The position numbers and the translations under genes were made by a program. Under the pieces are notes generated by a model. That model was not told where the DNA came from. It searched no databases and saw only the letters and a list, made by a program, of their open reading frames with translations. Of a stretch of DNA of 64,000 bases, positions 37,701 to 50,064 are shown in pieces (within the stretch, counting starts at the first letter, position 1; every line of letters begins with the position of its first letter). The stretch covers positions 55,794 through 119,793 of the forward strand of contig NIVC01003094.1 of the NCBI GenBank assembly GCA_002269645.1, given 5' to 3'. The DNA comes from Macrostomum lignano (lineage: Eukaryota).

Positions 37701-39380
37701 TCGCCACCAGCGGTTTCGGCCAGATTCAATGCGCCATCGTCGTCGCCGTAGGCCAGCAGCACCGAATTGTTGAACCGGATGAGCCGCAGGCCGAATGCGA
37801 ACCCGCCGCCGAGGCTGATGTCGTCAACACGAGACACTGACCAAGCCGGCTGCCATTGAAAATTAAACAATATTATTAATTAGGCACTCGCTTTGGCCAG
37901 CAGAGACGGAGCACACAAAGACTATTAGGGAACTTTAGGGAGAATCTTTACGCGCGATCATTGTCGAGGAGGAATTCCCGGGGAAATCTCTGGAAGCGAT
38001 TCCCAAGTGGAAACCATATTCTTAGGGGAAATTCCTAAAGGGAGAATTCTCTGACAAAGATTCCCGAGTGGAAGCCGGCAGTTAGGAAAGTCCGGGGTAA
38101 CTGCGTGAAAATTAATGAAAGTGCCTCCTTTTGGCAGAAGAAAGCCAAAATGCAAGAAATTTCCGGGGAAATTCCGGGAGAATCGCTGGAAGTGCAAGGG
38201 GTTTTTGGGGAGAGAAACTGACAGTTGAAAGTGACAGGAATTCCGTAGGAATCTTTCGGGTAATTGTCTTAAGATGAAAATCATGGGGGATAATTAAATG
38301 GGGAGTTTCATGTTGCGATTCTCATTATTGATAGGTAAAATCACGGTGGGGAATCTCGGAAGGAATTTGGGGGAGACTCTTTCAAAAGTGATTTCTTTTT
38401 GAGAGGAAGCTAAAAGCATAGAAAAGATTCTACCAGTGAAGTGCTCTATTCCCAGCTCTAAAGCTCCTATCCTGCATTGAATGTGTTACCTACCAATGAA
38501 AATACTCCAACAAGCAGAAGCTGAGGATTCTCAGCCAATAGGGAGCAGTAAAAAGTGGTTGTAGCCTAGTGACTAGAGCGTTGGGCTCACTGAAAGGTCG
38601 GGGGTTCGATTCTCAACCCACTCGGAACAATTTGTGTCCTTAAGTAAGACACTTAATTCTGCATTGCTTCAGTCACCCAGCTGTAAAATGGGTGCCAGCA
38701 TTAGCTGGGGTAATTGAGGCTGTGTGTGGCGACCCCTCAGTCCTTGGACTGAACAGCCTTACGCAGCCTTCAGATGCGCTGTATAATAGCTGCGGCTGAG
38801 CTGTCGGTTGCACATCTGCCCATTAAAGCAGGTGTAATCGAAAAAATCACAGTGAAATCATCAAATACATCGGACTCAAGTAAGCAACCCCAGTGATTGC
38901 ATTAAGATACTTCACCTGACTATTGACTAGCCGCCACAGCACCAGTCGATGATCCGAGCCGGCTGTGGCCACCAGAACCCCAGTCGGTTCGCCGTGCAGC
39001 ACTCCAGAGTCAACAGCCAGACCGTCAACATTCTCCAGTGTAGTCTGGCTGCCGTGCCCGCCGCTCAGACAGGCCAGACTGTCCAGCTGGCAGTCGGGCC
39101 CACCGGCAAGCCACAGTCTAGCGGTGCCATCAGCCGAGCAGGACAGGCCGAGGCGCCGCTGCTGATGGTCGGAGTCGGCCACCCAGCGCACCGCCGTCAC
39201 GCTCGCTGTGTGGCAGCCTCCGACCAGGCGAACCAGCCGACGCTCCGGACCGGGCGGGGCCAACCGGGCGAGGCCGACGCAGGATTGGACGGCGCATAGC
39301 AACAAGCCATTAGGACCCCAGTCGGCCGGCCGGGCGCACTGATTCAGATTGGCCGATATGTACTCCGAATATATTCGAGC
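34798..39380 (-). CDS. ELP2: Elongator complex protein 2 (WD40); exons 39380-38916, 37849-37397, 37089-36466, 35814-34798 (~852 codons, no genomic ATG)
   Basis: ADWGPNGLL, GHQDWVRDIDW, ATASQDSTVRLW, LLTSSMDRSLVVW, WGQLARPQVHGYDM, SAAEEKPVRLF, VPSLGLSN, LWPEVRKLFGHGGEV, AHARIVWSCAW, FATGSRD. All three introns are GT-AG phase 0; length fits Elp2. Confidence 0.95.
35895..36378. repeat. 30-bp (some 28-bp) minisatellite (CTGGCTTTGACTGAGCACTTCTCGAGCATT) in Elp2 intron 3
   Basis: Direct reading. Confidence 0.97.
37135..37362. repeat. 27-bp minisatellite (GCCCAGTAGAGCTAAGCCCGCTGATTA) in Elp2 intron 2
   Basis: Direct reading. Confidence 0.95.
38555..38846 (+). mobile_element. SINE family A copy (tRNA head + CORE-like domain + A-rich end) in Elp2 intron 1
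   Basis: gtagcctagtg..gggggttcgattc (A/B boxes), gtgtccttaagtaagacacttaa..cagctgtaaaatggg (resembles the CORE-SINE core), ends ggtgtaatcgaaaaaa. Confidence 0.85.
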
Positions 39381-39412
39381 CTGAATTGCGAATACAGAGC
39401 ATCATATAGATT

Positions 39413-40255
39413 GACTGGCTTGACTGTGTGAGATGGCACTAGCTTGACTGTGTGAGATGGCACTAGCTTGGCTGTGTGAGATGGCACTAGCTTGGCTGTG
39501 TGAGATGGCACTGGCTTGACTGTGTGAGATGGAACTGGCTTGACTGTGTGAGATGGAACTGGCTTGACTATGTGAGATGGCACTGGCTTGACTGTGTGAG
39601 ATGGAACTGGCTTGACTATGTGAGATGGCACTGGCTTGACTGTGTGAGATGGAACTGGCTTGACTATGTGAGATGGAGCTGGCTTGACTATGTGAGATGG
39701 AACTGGCTTGACTATGTGAGATGGCACTAGCTTGGCTGTGTGAGATGGCACTGGCTTGACTGTGTGAGATGGCACTAGCTTGGCTGTGTGAGATGGAACT
39801 GGCTTGGCTGTGTGAGATGGCACTGGCTTGACTGTGTGAGATGGAACTGGCTTGGCTGTGTGAGATGGCACTGGCTTGACTGTGTGAGATGGAACTGGCT
39901 TGACTATGTGAGATGATACTGGCTTGACTGTGTGAGATGGAACTGGCTTGACTATGTGAGATGGCACTAGCTTGGCTGTGTGAGATGGCACTGGCTTGAC
40001 TGTGTGAGATGGCACTGGCTTGACTGTGTGAGATGGCACTGGCTTGACTGTGTGAGATGGCACTGGCTTGACTGTGTGAGATGGCACTGGCTTGACTGTG
40101 TGAGATGGCACTGGCTGGATTGGGTGAGATGGAACTGGCTTGACTGTGTGAGATGGCACTGGCTTGACTGTGTGAGATGGCACTGGCTGGATTGGGTGAG
40201 ATGGCACTGGCTTGACTGTGTGAGATGGCACTGGCTGGATTGGGTGAGATGGCAG
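39413..40255. repeat. 24-bp minisatellite (TGTGAGATGGCACTGGCTTGACTG) immediately upstream of the Elp2 acceptor
   Basis: Direct reading. Confidence 0.97.
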
Positions 40256-40821
40256 TAACTTAATTATTGGTACTGTATGACAGAACTATTGGGATAAAGA
40301 TATTGCCAGCTATAACATTAGGACAGGAACTAAGGTGTCACGAATTACATAAAATAGCTAGGTTAAATAAGAATAAAGGAGACCTCAGCACTAATTTTCA
40401 GCCATAAAAAACTGTACATGGCTTCAGAAAAATTGCTATAGCACGAGATTACGCAAGCGCATTGGACTACACACACATTATTGCGACCAATTTATATCAA
40501 ATAACTCATATAAATTATGTATAAGTAAAAAGCTGAGCTAATTTAAAATTTGTAATAATATAAAACTTATTCAAATATAGTATCCCAATTGGAAATAATA
40601 CATCAATTTAGCTAATCAAGGCTACTCGTTAAGCAGTTGAACGCACGCGGTTATTAGGAAAAGGCTGAACAAAGCAAATTTGATTGCTTGTAACACTGGG
40701 AAAGCGTAACTTCAATAAAAATATGGCTATAAGTTGCTATTTGCTTTTGTATGTTTGCTGGAAGATAGCGACACTGTTTTTTTGAAGACTTTAATGATTC
40801 GGGAATAAAGGCTACAGATTG

Positions 40822-42270
40822 CGGCACTGATGCAGTATGGGACAGAGGATAGAATGGGCACTGATGCAGTATGGGACAGAGGATAGAATGGGCACTGATG
40901 CAGTATGGGACAGAGGATAGAATGGGCACTGATGCAGTATGGGACAGAGGATAGAATGGGCACTGATGCAGTATGGGACAGAGGATAGAATGGTCACTGA
41001 TGCAGTATGGGACAGAGGATAGAATGGTCACTGATGCAGTATGGGACAGAGGATAGAATGGTCACTGGGCCACAAGGGACAGGGGATAGAATGGTCACTG
41101 GACCACAAGGGACAGAGGATAGAATGGTCACTGGGGCATAGGGGACAGGGGATAGAATGGTCACTGATGCAGTATGGGACAGAGGATAGAATGGTCACTG
41201 ATGCAGTATGGGACAGAGGATAGAATGGTCACTGATGCAGTATGGGACAGAGGATAGAATGGTCACTGGGCCACAAGGGACAGGGGATAGAATGGTCACT
41301 GGACCACAAGGGACAGAGGATAGAATGGTCACTGGGGCATAGGGGACAGGGGATAGAATGGTCACTGATGCAGTATGGGACAGAGGATAGAATGGTCACT
41401 GATGCAGTATGGGACAGAGGATAGAATGGTCACTGATGCAGTATGGGACAGAGGATAGAATGGTCACTGATGCAGTATGGGACAGAGGATAGAATGGTCA
41501 CTGATGCAGTATGGGACAGAGGATAGAATGGTCACTGGGCCACAAGGGACAGGGGATAGAATGGTCACTGGACCACAAGGGACAGAGGATAGAATGGTCA
41601 CTGGGGCATAGGGGACAGGGGATAGAATGGTCACTGGGGCATAGGGGACAGGGGATAGAATGGTCACTGGGCCACAAGGGACAGAGGATAGAATGGTCAC
41701 TGGGGCATAGGGGACAGAGGATAGAATGGTCACTGGGGCACAGGGGCACAGGGGATAGAATGGTCACTGGGGCACAGGGGATAGAATGGTCACTGGGGCA
41801 CAGGGGACAGAGGATGGAATGGTCACTGGGGCACAGGGGCACAGGGGATAGAATAGTCACTGGGGCACAGGGGACAGAGGATGGAATGGTCACTGGGGCA
41901 TAGGGGACAGGGGATAGAATGGTCACTGGGCCACAGGGGATAGAGGATAAAATGGTCACTGGGGCACAGGGGCACAGGGGATAGAATGGTTACTGGGCCA
42001 CAAGGGACAGAGGATAGAATGGTTACTGGGCCACAAGGGACAGAGGATAGAATGGTTACTGGGCCACAAGGGACAGAGGATAGAATGGTTACTGGGCCAC
42101 AAGGGACAGAGGATAGAATGGTCACTGGGGCACAGGGGATAGAATGGTCACTGGGGCATAGGGGACAGGGGATAGAATGGTCACTGGGCCACAGGGGATA
42201 GAGGATAGAATGGTCACTGGGGCACAGGGGCACAGGGGATAGAATGGTTACTGGGCCACAAGGGACAGAG
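40822..42270. repeat. 33-34-bp minisatellite (GGGACAGAGGATAGAATGGTCACTGATGCAGTAT and variants) with a 201-bp higher-order duplication
   Basis: Direct reading; identical ORFs at 41041 and 41242. Confidence 0.97.
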
Positions 42271-42739
42271 GAGTCAGAGTCAATTTAGATCAGTTGTTAC
42301 AAAAACAAACAAAATACAACAGTAACAGTATAATGTTACTTAGCGCATTAATGGCTACTTCGCAACAAAAGCTGATAAAGAACATGTATAATGTGATTTA
42401 CAATACATAAATAAATATATAGAATACAGGGACAATCAGATTAAATATACCAGTCGCTAAATTGGGATTAGCAACAATAAATAGAAACTTGTGCAGCAAA
42501 ACAATGATTAGTTAGCCAACAGAGCAGATTACAATGATTAGCTAACACAATTCAAGCATTTGAAGCAATAAAGAAAATTATGGTGTCCATAACAATCCAA
42601 GTAGAAAATGATGATGATGCTCAGACACAGAAGAGACGAAAATCACGGGGAGATCCGGGGAGAGAGTGGATTCTCGAGAGGAGACTGAGACCATAAGGTA
42701 ATTCCGGGGTAGAATTTCTGTGGAATTTATCCAGAGAAG

Positions 42740-43220
42740 ACCGATAAAATCAAAAGGGAATTCCGTGAGAGAATCATAGGAGACTTCCATGAGAATCATA
42801 GTGGAATTCCGTGAGAGAATCATAGGAGAATTCCATGAGAAACAGGGGAATTCCGTGAGAGAATTGTAGAATAATTTCATGAGAAACATAGGGGAATTCC
42901 GTGAGAGAATCATAGGAGAATTCCATGAGAATCATAGGAGAATTCCATGAGAATCATAGGAGAATTCCATGAGAATCATAGTGGAATTCCGTGAGAGAAT
43001 CATAGGAGAATTCCATGAGAAACAGGGGAATTCCGTGAAAGAATTGTAGAATAATTTCATGAGAAACATAGGGGAATTCCGTGAGAGAATCAAAGGAGAA
43101 TTCCATGAGAATCATAGTGGAATTCCGTGAGAGAATCATAGGAGAATTCCATAAGAAACAGGGGAATTCCGTGAGAGAATTGTAGAATAATTCCATGAAT
43201 CATAGGGGAATTCCGTGAGA
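42740..43220. repeat. Composite GAATTCC-containing tandem repeat
   Basis: gaattccgtgagagaatcataggagaattccatgag units repeated. Confidence 0.9.
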
Positions 43221-43914
43221 AAATCTCTCGGGGTAAAAGTTTTAGAAATTACTAAGAGCAGCTTTAATGTCTAACATTTCAGTGGATATTTGAAAACAAA
43301 GATAACTCTTATCTAGTACTTAAGCAGCGACGGATCAATAAAGTACACGCTTTTATTGATAAAATTTAGCTATAAATGTAAGAAAAGCAGTTTCTATAGC
43401 AGCCGGCAGTGTTGCACAGGAGCTTACAAGTGACAAACACAAAATTGCACGTTTGCACACGAATGAACGAATTTGTTTTAATTTACAGAAAAGGTGGCGC
43501 AAAATGGCAGTTGCAGACAAACTCTGCACTTGCAAAAACTAGCTATAAAAATCGCTTTTGATGTTCCATCTGTCTACTTATAGTAGACAGTCGCTAATTG
43601 TCCATTATTAAATTATTAAATTACAATGTTTGCAAGAGTCTGCATTTGCGAGCAATCGATTATAACAAAAAATGACAACTTATATAAAAGCGTGCACTAC
43701 ATTTAAACAAAAAAACCTTTGTCAATTAAAAGACAAGTTAAGTACTCTTAGCTATAAACAAACAAACTATAAAATATTTACAATGTGCCTAAAAAATAAT
43801 AGGCAATTTCGGTCTTATACAATAAACTTAGAAAACATGAAAATCAATTATTAGTAAGACTAACAATAACGATTAATTATATTCACGTAATTATAATAGC
43901 CACATGGTTTAACA

Positions 43915-44402
43915 AGGGTGGTAGCAGTTCAGAGAGAGTGGCTTTCCAGTCAGCAGTTCAGGGAGGGTGGCTATCCGATTAGCAGTTCAGGGAGAGTGGC
44001 TATCCAGTCAGCAATTCAGGGAGAGTGGCTATCCAGTCAGCAGTTCAGGGAGGGTGGCTATCCAGTCAGCAGTTCAGGGACGGTGGCTATCCAGTCAGCA
44101 GTTCAGGGAGGGTGGCTATCCGATCAGCAGTTCAGGGAGAGTGGCTATCCAGTCAGCAGTTCAGGGAGAGTGGCTATCCAGTCAGCAGTTCAGGGAGAGT
44201 GGCTATCCAGTCAGCAGTTCAGGGAGAGTGGCTATCCAGTCAGCAGTTCAGGGAGAGTGGCTATCCAGTCAGCAATTCAGGGAGGGTGGCTATCCGATCA
44301 GCAGTTCAGGGACGGTGGCTATCCAGTCAGCAGTTCAGCGAGGGTGGCTATCCAGTCAGCAGTTCAGGGAGAGTGGCTATCCAGTCAGCAGTTCAGGGAG
44401 GG
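43915..44402. repeat. 29-bp minisatellite (CAGCAGTTCAGGGAGAGTGGCTATCCAGT)
   Basis: Direct reading. Confidence 0.97.
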
Positions 44403-44606
44403 TACCCTATAAGCTTTTGGCCTCATCCGAGCCTTTATTTTCACGATCTTATAGATAAATTTCAAATAACTAAAGCAATAATAATTAAGCATGCAATAAA
44501 GGACGGTCAATAAAAGATTATAAAGACATTCTAACAACATCAGTAAACAAAGTTTTTCATTTCAGAAAAAAATTGTTCGAAATATAAGTAGTTTCTAAAT
44601 AGAGCC

Positions 44607-46157
44607 TCAGGACAGAGTGGAAACTCGAGTCTGCAGATCGCATATTTTGGCGAATATTTTAATAGCCGGACCCAGCCTAATGCCGACTTTGGTGAGCAAA
44701 TCCATGCGTCTAATTAGCATTAGAGAGATTCCGTCAACCTGTTCGTTAAGGAAACAGTCAGCTTCAGCTGGGTAGCCTTCGCACTTCAGCCAGTCTCGAA
44801 CCTCCTCAACTGTCCAGTCTAACACGCTGGGAGTCTCTTCAACACGCGTGCCGTCGCTGCAGCCGCCGCCGTTGGTCGCCTGGCCGTCTGCTGGCGCGTC
44901 AACAACCGGCGCCGCGGCGGCCTCGCAGGCCCCATTGAGTTGACCGGCGGCAGCAGTCCGACTGGCGACTGCTTCGGCGGCGATGTCGCCAACAATCATG
45001 TGACTTCCGTCCATTGACAGCTTGGCCGTGACAAAAACCGGCTGCTGTTGCTGCTGATGCTGAGCAGTGGCCTGCTGGTGAATCTGCTGAGTTGAAAATG
45101 CTGCGTGAACTATTTGCGTCGTAGCCTGAAGCGGCGGCTGCTGCTGCGGCGGCGCGGGAGCAATAGCAGTCGGCACCTGATGCTGCTGGCGCTGCTGCGA
45201 GTGCGACTGCAGACTCGCCAACGGTATCTGGCCGGACTTGGACACCACAACGGCTGTGGCAGGCAGCACGACGGGCCGTCCAGCAGCGGCGGCGGCCAGA
45301 GCGGCGGCGTGATGATGCTGATGATGATGGCCGTGCGGCATCAGTGGCATGCGCATGGGATCTCCCGGCTCCAGTTTGGGAAACACTGGCGCCAGGGGAC
45401 GCTTAACGGGCGGAGTCGGCGCCCCGTCTGGCCCGCTGCGTCGGCGCTTCCGACGATCGGCGGAGAGGCCGCCGCTGCCGACTGCGACTCCGACGCCGGC
45501 TACCCCGCCAGCTGGGGCGGGCGACGCGATGCCGCCGCAAGCCGGCGACTTGGCGGTCATCCGGTAGCTGACATAGTCGGCAATGGGCACACCGATGATG
45601 ATGCCGCGCTCCTCCATCCGCCGAATCGCCTGGCGAACAGTTTCCGCTCCGACGCTGTGCTTATTCAGCGTGAATCGGATTATCGTATCGAGATCGCGGC
45701 GCCGCTTCTGCCGCTGGCATCGGTCCATGGCTTCCACCACCCAGGCGCAGATCTGATCGTCTGCGCCGGACGCAACGCTCCCAACTGCGCCCGCGGCGGT
45801 GTCCGCATCGGCTGTTGAATCAGCGCCCGCAACAGCTTCTTCAGGCCCCGCGTCGGCAACAACTAGCGCCCCCGCTTCAGCTTCAAGTTCAGGTTCCGCT
45901 TCAGCAATAACTTCAGGTCTCGATTCAACTACAACTTCAGGTGTCGCCTCAGCAATAGCTTCAGGCCCCGCTTCAACTACAGCTAGAGCTGCTGCTTCAG
46001 CGACAACTTCAGGTCTGGCTTCGGCGACAATTTCAGGTCTGGCTTCAGTAATAACTTCAGATCCCACTCCGGCATCAGCAACGATAGGAGCAGCCGCGGC
46101 CGGCTCCCTGATAGCGCTTGACACCTCCGCCACAATTAGCCTCGCTTTGCCTCCCAA
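44607..46157 (-). CDS. SAMD1: SAMD1/atherin-like protein: winged-helix domain + C-terminal SAM domain; 5' end incomplete
   Basis: WVVEAMDRCQRQKRRRDLDTIIR..VSYR resembles the SAMD1/KAT6 WH motif (WILDTIDSLRSRKARPDLERI..SYR). VLDWTVEEV..FLNEQVDGISLML..GIRLGPAIKI resembles the SAMD1-type SAM. The track start is TTG, not ATG. Confidence 0.8.
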   Translation of the reverse strand: MGGKARLIVAEVSSAIREPAAAAPIVADAGVGSEVITEARPEIVAEARPEVVAEAAALAVVEAGPEAIAEATPEVVVESRPEVIAEAEPELEAEAGALVVADAGPEEAVAGADSTADADTAAGAVGSVASGADDQICAWVVEAMDRCQRQKRRRDLDTIIRFTLNKHSVGAETVRQAIRRMEERGIIIGVPIADYVSYRMTAKSPACGGIASPAPAGGVAGVGVAVGSGGLSADRRKRRRSGPDGAPTPPVKRPLAPVFPKLEPGDPMRMPLMPHGHHHQHHHAAALAAAAAGRPVVLPATAVVVSKSGQIPLASLQSHSQQRQQHQVPTAIAPAPPQQQPPLQATTQIVHAAFSTQQIHQQATAQHQQQQQPVFVTAKLSMDGSHMIVGDIAAEAVASRTAAAGQLNGACEAAAAPVVDAPADGQATNGGGCSDGTRVEETPSVLDWTVEEVRDWLKCEGYPAEADCFLNEQVDGISLMLIRRMDLLTKVGIRLGPAIKIFAKICDLQTRVSTLS

Positions 46158-48384
46158 TATGGGAGACAGGTGATAGTAATGGCGAGTGTCAGCCGAGGGG
46201 AAATGAAGGTGTAGGAAGAGTGGGAAGGGTGTAAATTTGCAGTAATTGGCTTGTCAGAACAGCGCAATGTACGTCATGAATGCATAAAATTTTTAGTTTA
46301 AAATTTAGCCGCCAAATCTTGAATGGAATGGTGCATAATTAATTTCAATTAATAGCATTACTAACAGTAGGTTGACAAGTCTTGCACAAACAATAAAGCA
46401 AATAATTTGATCGCATACAACTTTTTTGTAAAGTTTTGCATTTCAGTCTAATTTACAAAAGTAAGTATTTATTATTAAGTATAGGCTGTTTGTCCATTGG
46501 TTTTTAAAAATAACAAATAGTTTACAAAACAGTTAACAAAGAGTTATTATAGCAGGCTGCACATCTTGAACAAATAGTTGCTGCACATTTAAATGCCAAT
46601 ATTTTGGCACTGATGAATAGGCTAAAAAGCTATGCATCAAATGTAGCACTATAATCAACTAGTCAGTTCAAAGCCAAGAGCTGCTCTGTTCAACTGTATC
46701 TTTGATAACATATTTGCTTAATGTATGACCATACATATAAAAGTTAGCAATTCTAGAACATATTGCCAATACCTTAGTCTGATACTTAGTCCAATACTCA
46801 TTTTTTCTTATTTGTATGCTTTTAAGACTTAAGACTTAAGACTTAGAAACAAAAAGTACTAGTTTTTGGCTTTGCCATTCACTATTGGCAGTTCTAAGTA
46901 AGGTCATAGTTAGCATGTTGTTATTATCATATAAAAAATTAAACTCATTCCCAAAATAACAAATATACAGTTTCAACTAGTTAAAACTGCAGTCTAGTTC
47001 ATTTACATGTAGACTATGATAGGCTAGTATTTTGATGTACTTGTTTTGTTAACTTTTTTTCTGTTTTTAATACTATTATCTATTGACTATTTGGTCTATT
47101 CACAATAGGCCTATACTAAATCTCTTTTGTCTTATATACAGGGATAGCTCAATATTTGGGATAGAAAACTACAAAAGTTGGAAGCCATTCTAATTAATAA
47201 CTTAGTCCATAGAAAGCATTTCTTTGATAGTAGGTTTTACCTTATAGTCAATGAGTTTGTGTCAGTGGTAAAAATCTATCTAAGCAATACTTTTTAAGGA
47301 CTAAGTTATTAATAGATTGGCCTCCAACTTTTGTACATATTGTTTCCTATCCCTAGTTATTGAGTAGTCTCTATATATTTAAACATTTAGACTAGGAAAT
47401 CATAAAATGCAAAGCTAATATAATTATTACTATTGTTCCTATTTTTTATTCATCTTTTAAGTTTTGTCTTATATTATAATGAATATATCTAAAATTTTGA
47501 AAAATTCATGAGTCATCACTTTTATTTTTTTAATACATAAGACATGATATAGCCGATTGTAGGCCTACCATGGCTTAATGATAGAAAAATATAGATTTTT
47601 GCAAAATTCTATAACCAAATCTGAATATACAAAAATTCTAAATCTGAATCCAAACATCCAAATGTTTTTCCAAATATAGGCCAAAAGTTAAAGGTAGGGC
47701 CTAAAGTTCTAAACAATTCTATCTTTGATTTATATTATATCTATATAGTATCTAGCAAAACCAAATTCTTATATCCTATATACTAAAAATGGTCTGTCTG
47801 TGTCTATGTGATCGATTAGAGAAAAAATGGCTGGACCGATTTTGTTCGAACTTGCACTGTTCGATCAGAAATTTTCCCGTGACTGTACATGCATCGTGGC
47901 TAAGAAATTTCTCGATGCTAAAGGCATTAAATATTCGAAAAACATGCTTTTTTGCAAAGGTCAAGCAAACTTTTCGACTTGAAATGCATTGTAAGAATGC
48001 TAGAGAAAAAACTGACTGGTTGAATTCTGATTCTGAAATAGATTGCATCATAACTGAATTGTAACTCCGACTTGAATTGAAAATGCAGTGTGGAAGCGTA
48101 GCACCAGACTTGATTTAAATTGCGTAACCATATTGTTAACTGATACTGACTGACTGAGAAACTGATTATGTCATAACTGCTTCGTGTGATTTACTCTATG
48201 CTTGGATTTTAAAGTGTTGAATTATATAAGTGCAAAATTTGATGTTATCAAAACGATGAGAGCTAGCCTAGAGGTGAACAAACTGAACTGCTAAATGCAG
48301 CGACGATGGTTCGAATTTTCATAGAGTACAATTTTTTTAATTAAAACTTTTCAACGTCAGGAAAACTAAAAGACTTTTTAAAAA

Positions 48385-49147
48385 GAAGCATCATGTAAAA
48401 TATCAGAAAAAAGCGTCATATAAAAATCATAGATGCGTCATTTACAAAATCATAGAAGCGTCATGTAAAAAATCATAGAAGCGTCATGTAAACAATCATA
48501 GAAGCGTCATGTAAAAAATCATAGAAGCGTCATGTAAACAATCATAGAAGTGTCATGTAAAAAATCATAGAAGCGCCATGTAAACAATCATAGAAGCGTC
48601 ATGTAAACAATCATAGAAGCGTCATGTAAAAAATCATAGAAGCGTCATGTAAACAATCATAGAAGCGTCATGTAAACAATCATAGAAGCGTCATGTAAAC
48701 AATAATAGAAGCGTCATGTAAAAAATCATAGAAGCGTCATGTAAAAAATCATAGAAGCGTCATGTAAAAAATCATAGAAGCGCCATGTAAACAATCATAG
48801 AAGCGTCATGTAAACAATCATAGAAGCGTCATGTAAACAATCATAGAAGCGTCATGTAAAAAATCATAGAAGCGTCATGTAAAAAATCATAGAAGCGTCA
48901 TGTAAAAAATCATAGAAGCGTCATGTAAACAATCATAGAAGCGTCATGTAAAAAATCATAGAAGCGCCATGTAAACAATCATAGAAGCGTCATGTAAACA
49001 ATCATAGAAGCGTCATGTAAAAAATCATAGAAGCGCCATGTAAACAATCATAGAAGCGTCATGTAAAAATCATAGAAGCGTCATGTAAAAATCATAGAAG
49101 CGTCATGTAAACAATCATAGAAGCGTCATATAAAAATCATAGAAGCC
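48385..49147. repeat. 23-bp satellite (AATCATAGAAGCGTCATGTAAAC/A)
   Basis: Direct reading. Confidence 0.97.
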
Positions 49148-50064
49148 TAATTTAAAAACTAATGAAAGTGTCATTTAAAAATTAAGAAGCATCATGGTAC
49201 AATAAAAGAAGCATCATGTCAGACATGAAGGGTGTCATGTAAAAATTAAATGCAGCTATAATGCTGTGCTGGGGAGAAAAACTGAGACGTAAAGGCTCTC
49301 AGAGAATAACTGAGATTACGGGGGGGGGGGGGGTTGTTTCTGAGATGTCAAAGCAAAAGTCAGAAGCTACTTCAAAGTTCATGTACTTTACTCAATTTTT
49401 TATTGCATTCTTTGTTGGCTCGCCACGGGGGGCGCTGATAGAAGAAGAGTCATGTAAAAAATAAAAGTAGCACTACGTATACATAAAAGAAAAGTCATGT
49501 CGAAGTTAAAAGATTCATTTGGGAATTGCTACGATGTCAAAGCTTGGTGGAAATCGTTATAGTGCTGTGATTCTTAAAGAAGGAATCACTAAAATGTCAA
49601 GGCTTAGGGAGAAGAATTGCTGAGATTTCAAGGCTTTAGGTTGGGTTAAAGTTAGGTTTAGGTCAGGTGTGGGTTGAGGGTTATATTTTAGCGGGTTTCA
49701 AGGTTAACAGAATAACAGGGGATTTTTTAGATTAGAAGGTTTATGGGGGCCATTGCTGACATGTTAAGGCTTACGGGGGGAATAGCTGAGATGGCAAGGT
49801 TCACGGGGGTATAAATGAGATTTCAAGGCTAAAGTCAGAAGCTACATGTAGTTTATTGAAAACTTTTTATTACATTATTTGATGCCTCCTCTGGGGAGAG
49901 ATCGCTGATAGAAAAAGCGTAATGTAAAAAATAAAAGAAGCTTCATGTCGAAGTTAAAAGACTCATTTGGGAATCCCTACGATGTCGAGGCTTGCAGGGA
50001 ATCGCTATAATGCTGTAGTAGTGCTATAATGACTCTTAGAGAGAATTACTGAAATTTCAATGCT

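Noticed and set aside
39344-40231. 295-aa PVPSHTVK repeat ORF as an upstream ORF of Elp2
   Set aside because: Starts at a non-ATG codon inside a 24-bp array and is fully explained by the repeat.
25716-44402. Regular 22-34-bp arrays as CRISPR-like loci
   Set aside because: Units are head-to-tail with no unique spacers, there are no cas genes, and the context is intron-containing eukaryotic DNA.
45105-46173. 237-aa and 124-aa plus-strand ORFs
   Set aside because: Antisense shadows of the GC-rich SAMD1-like exon; the same applies to shadow ORFs over the other genes.
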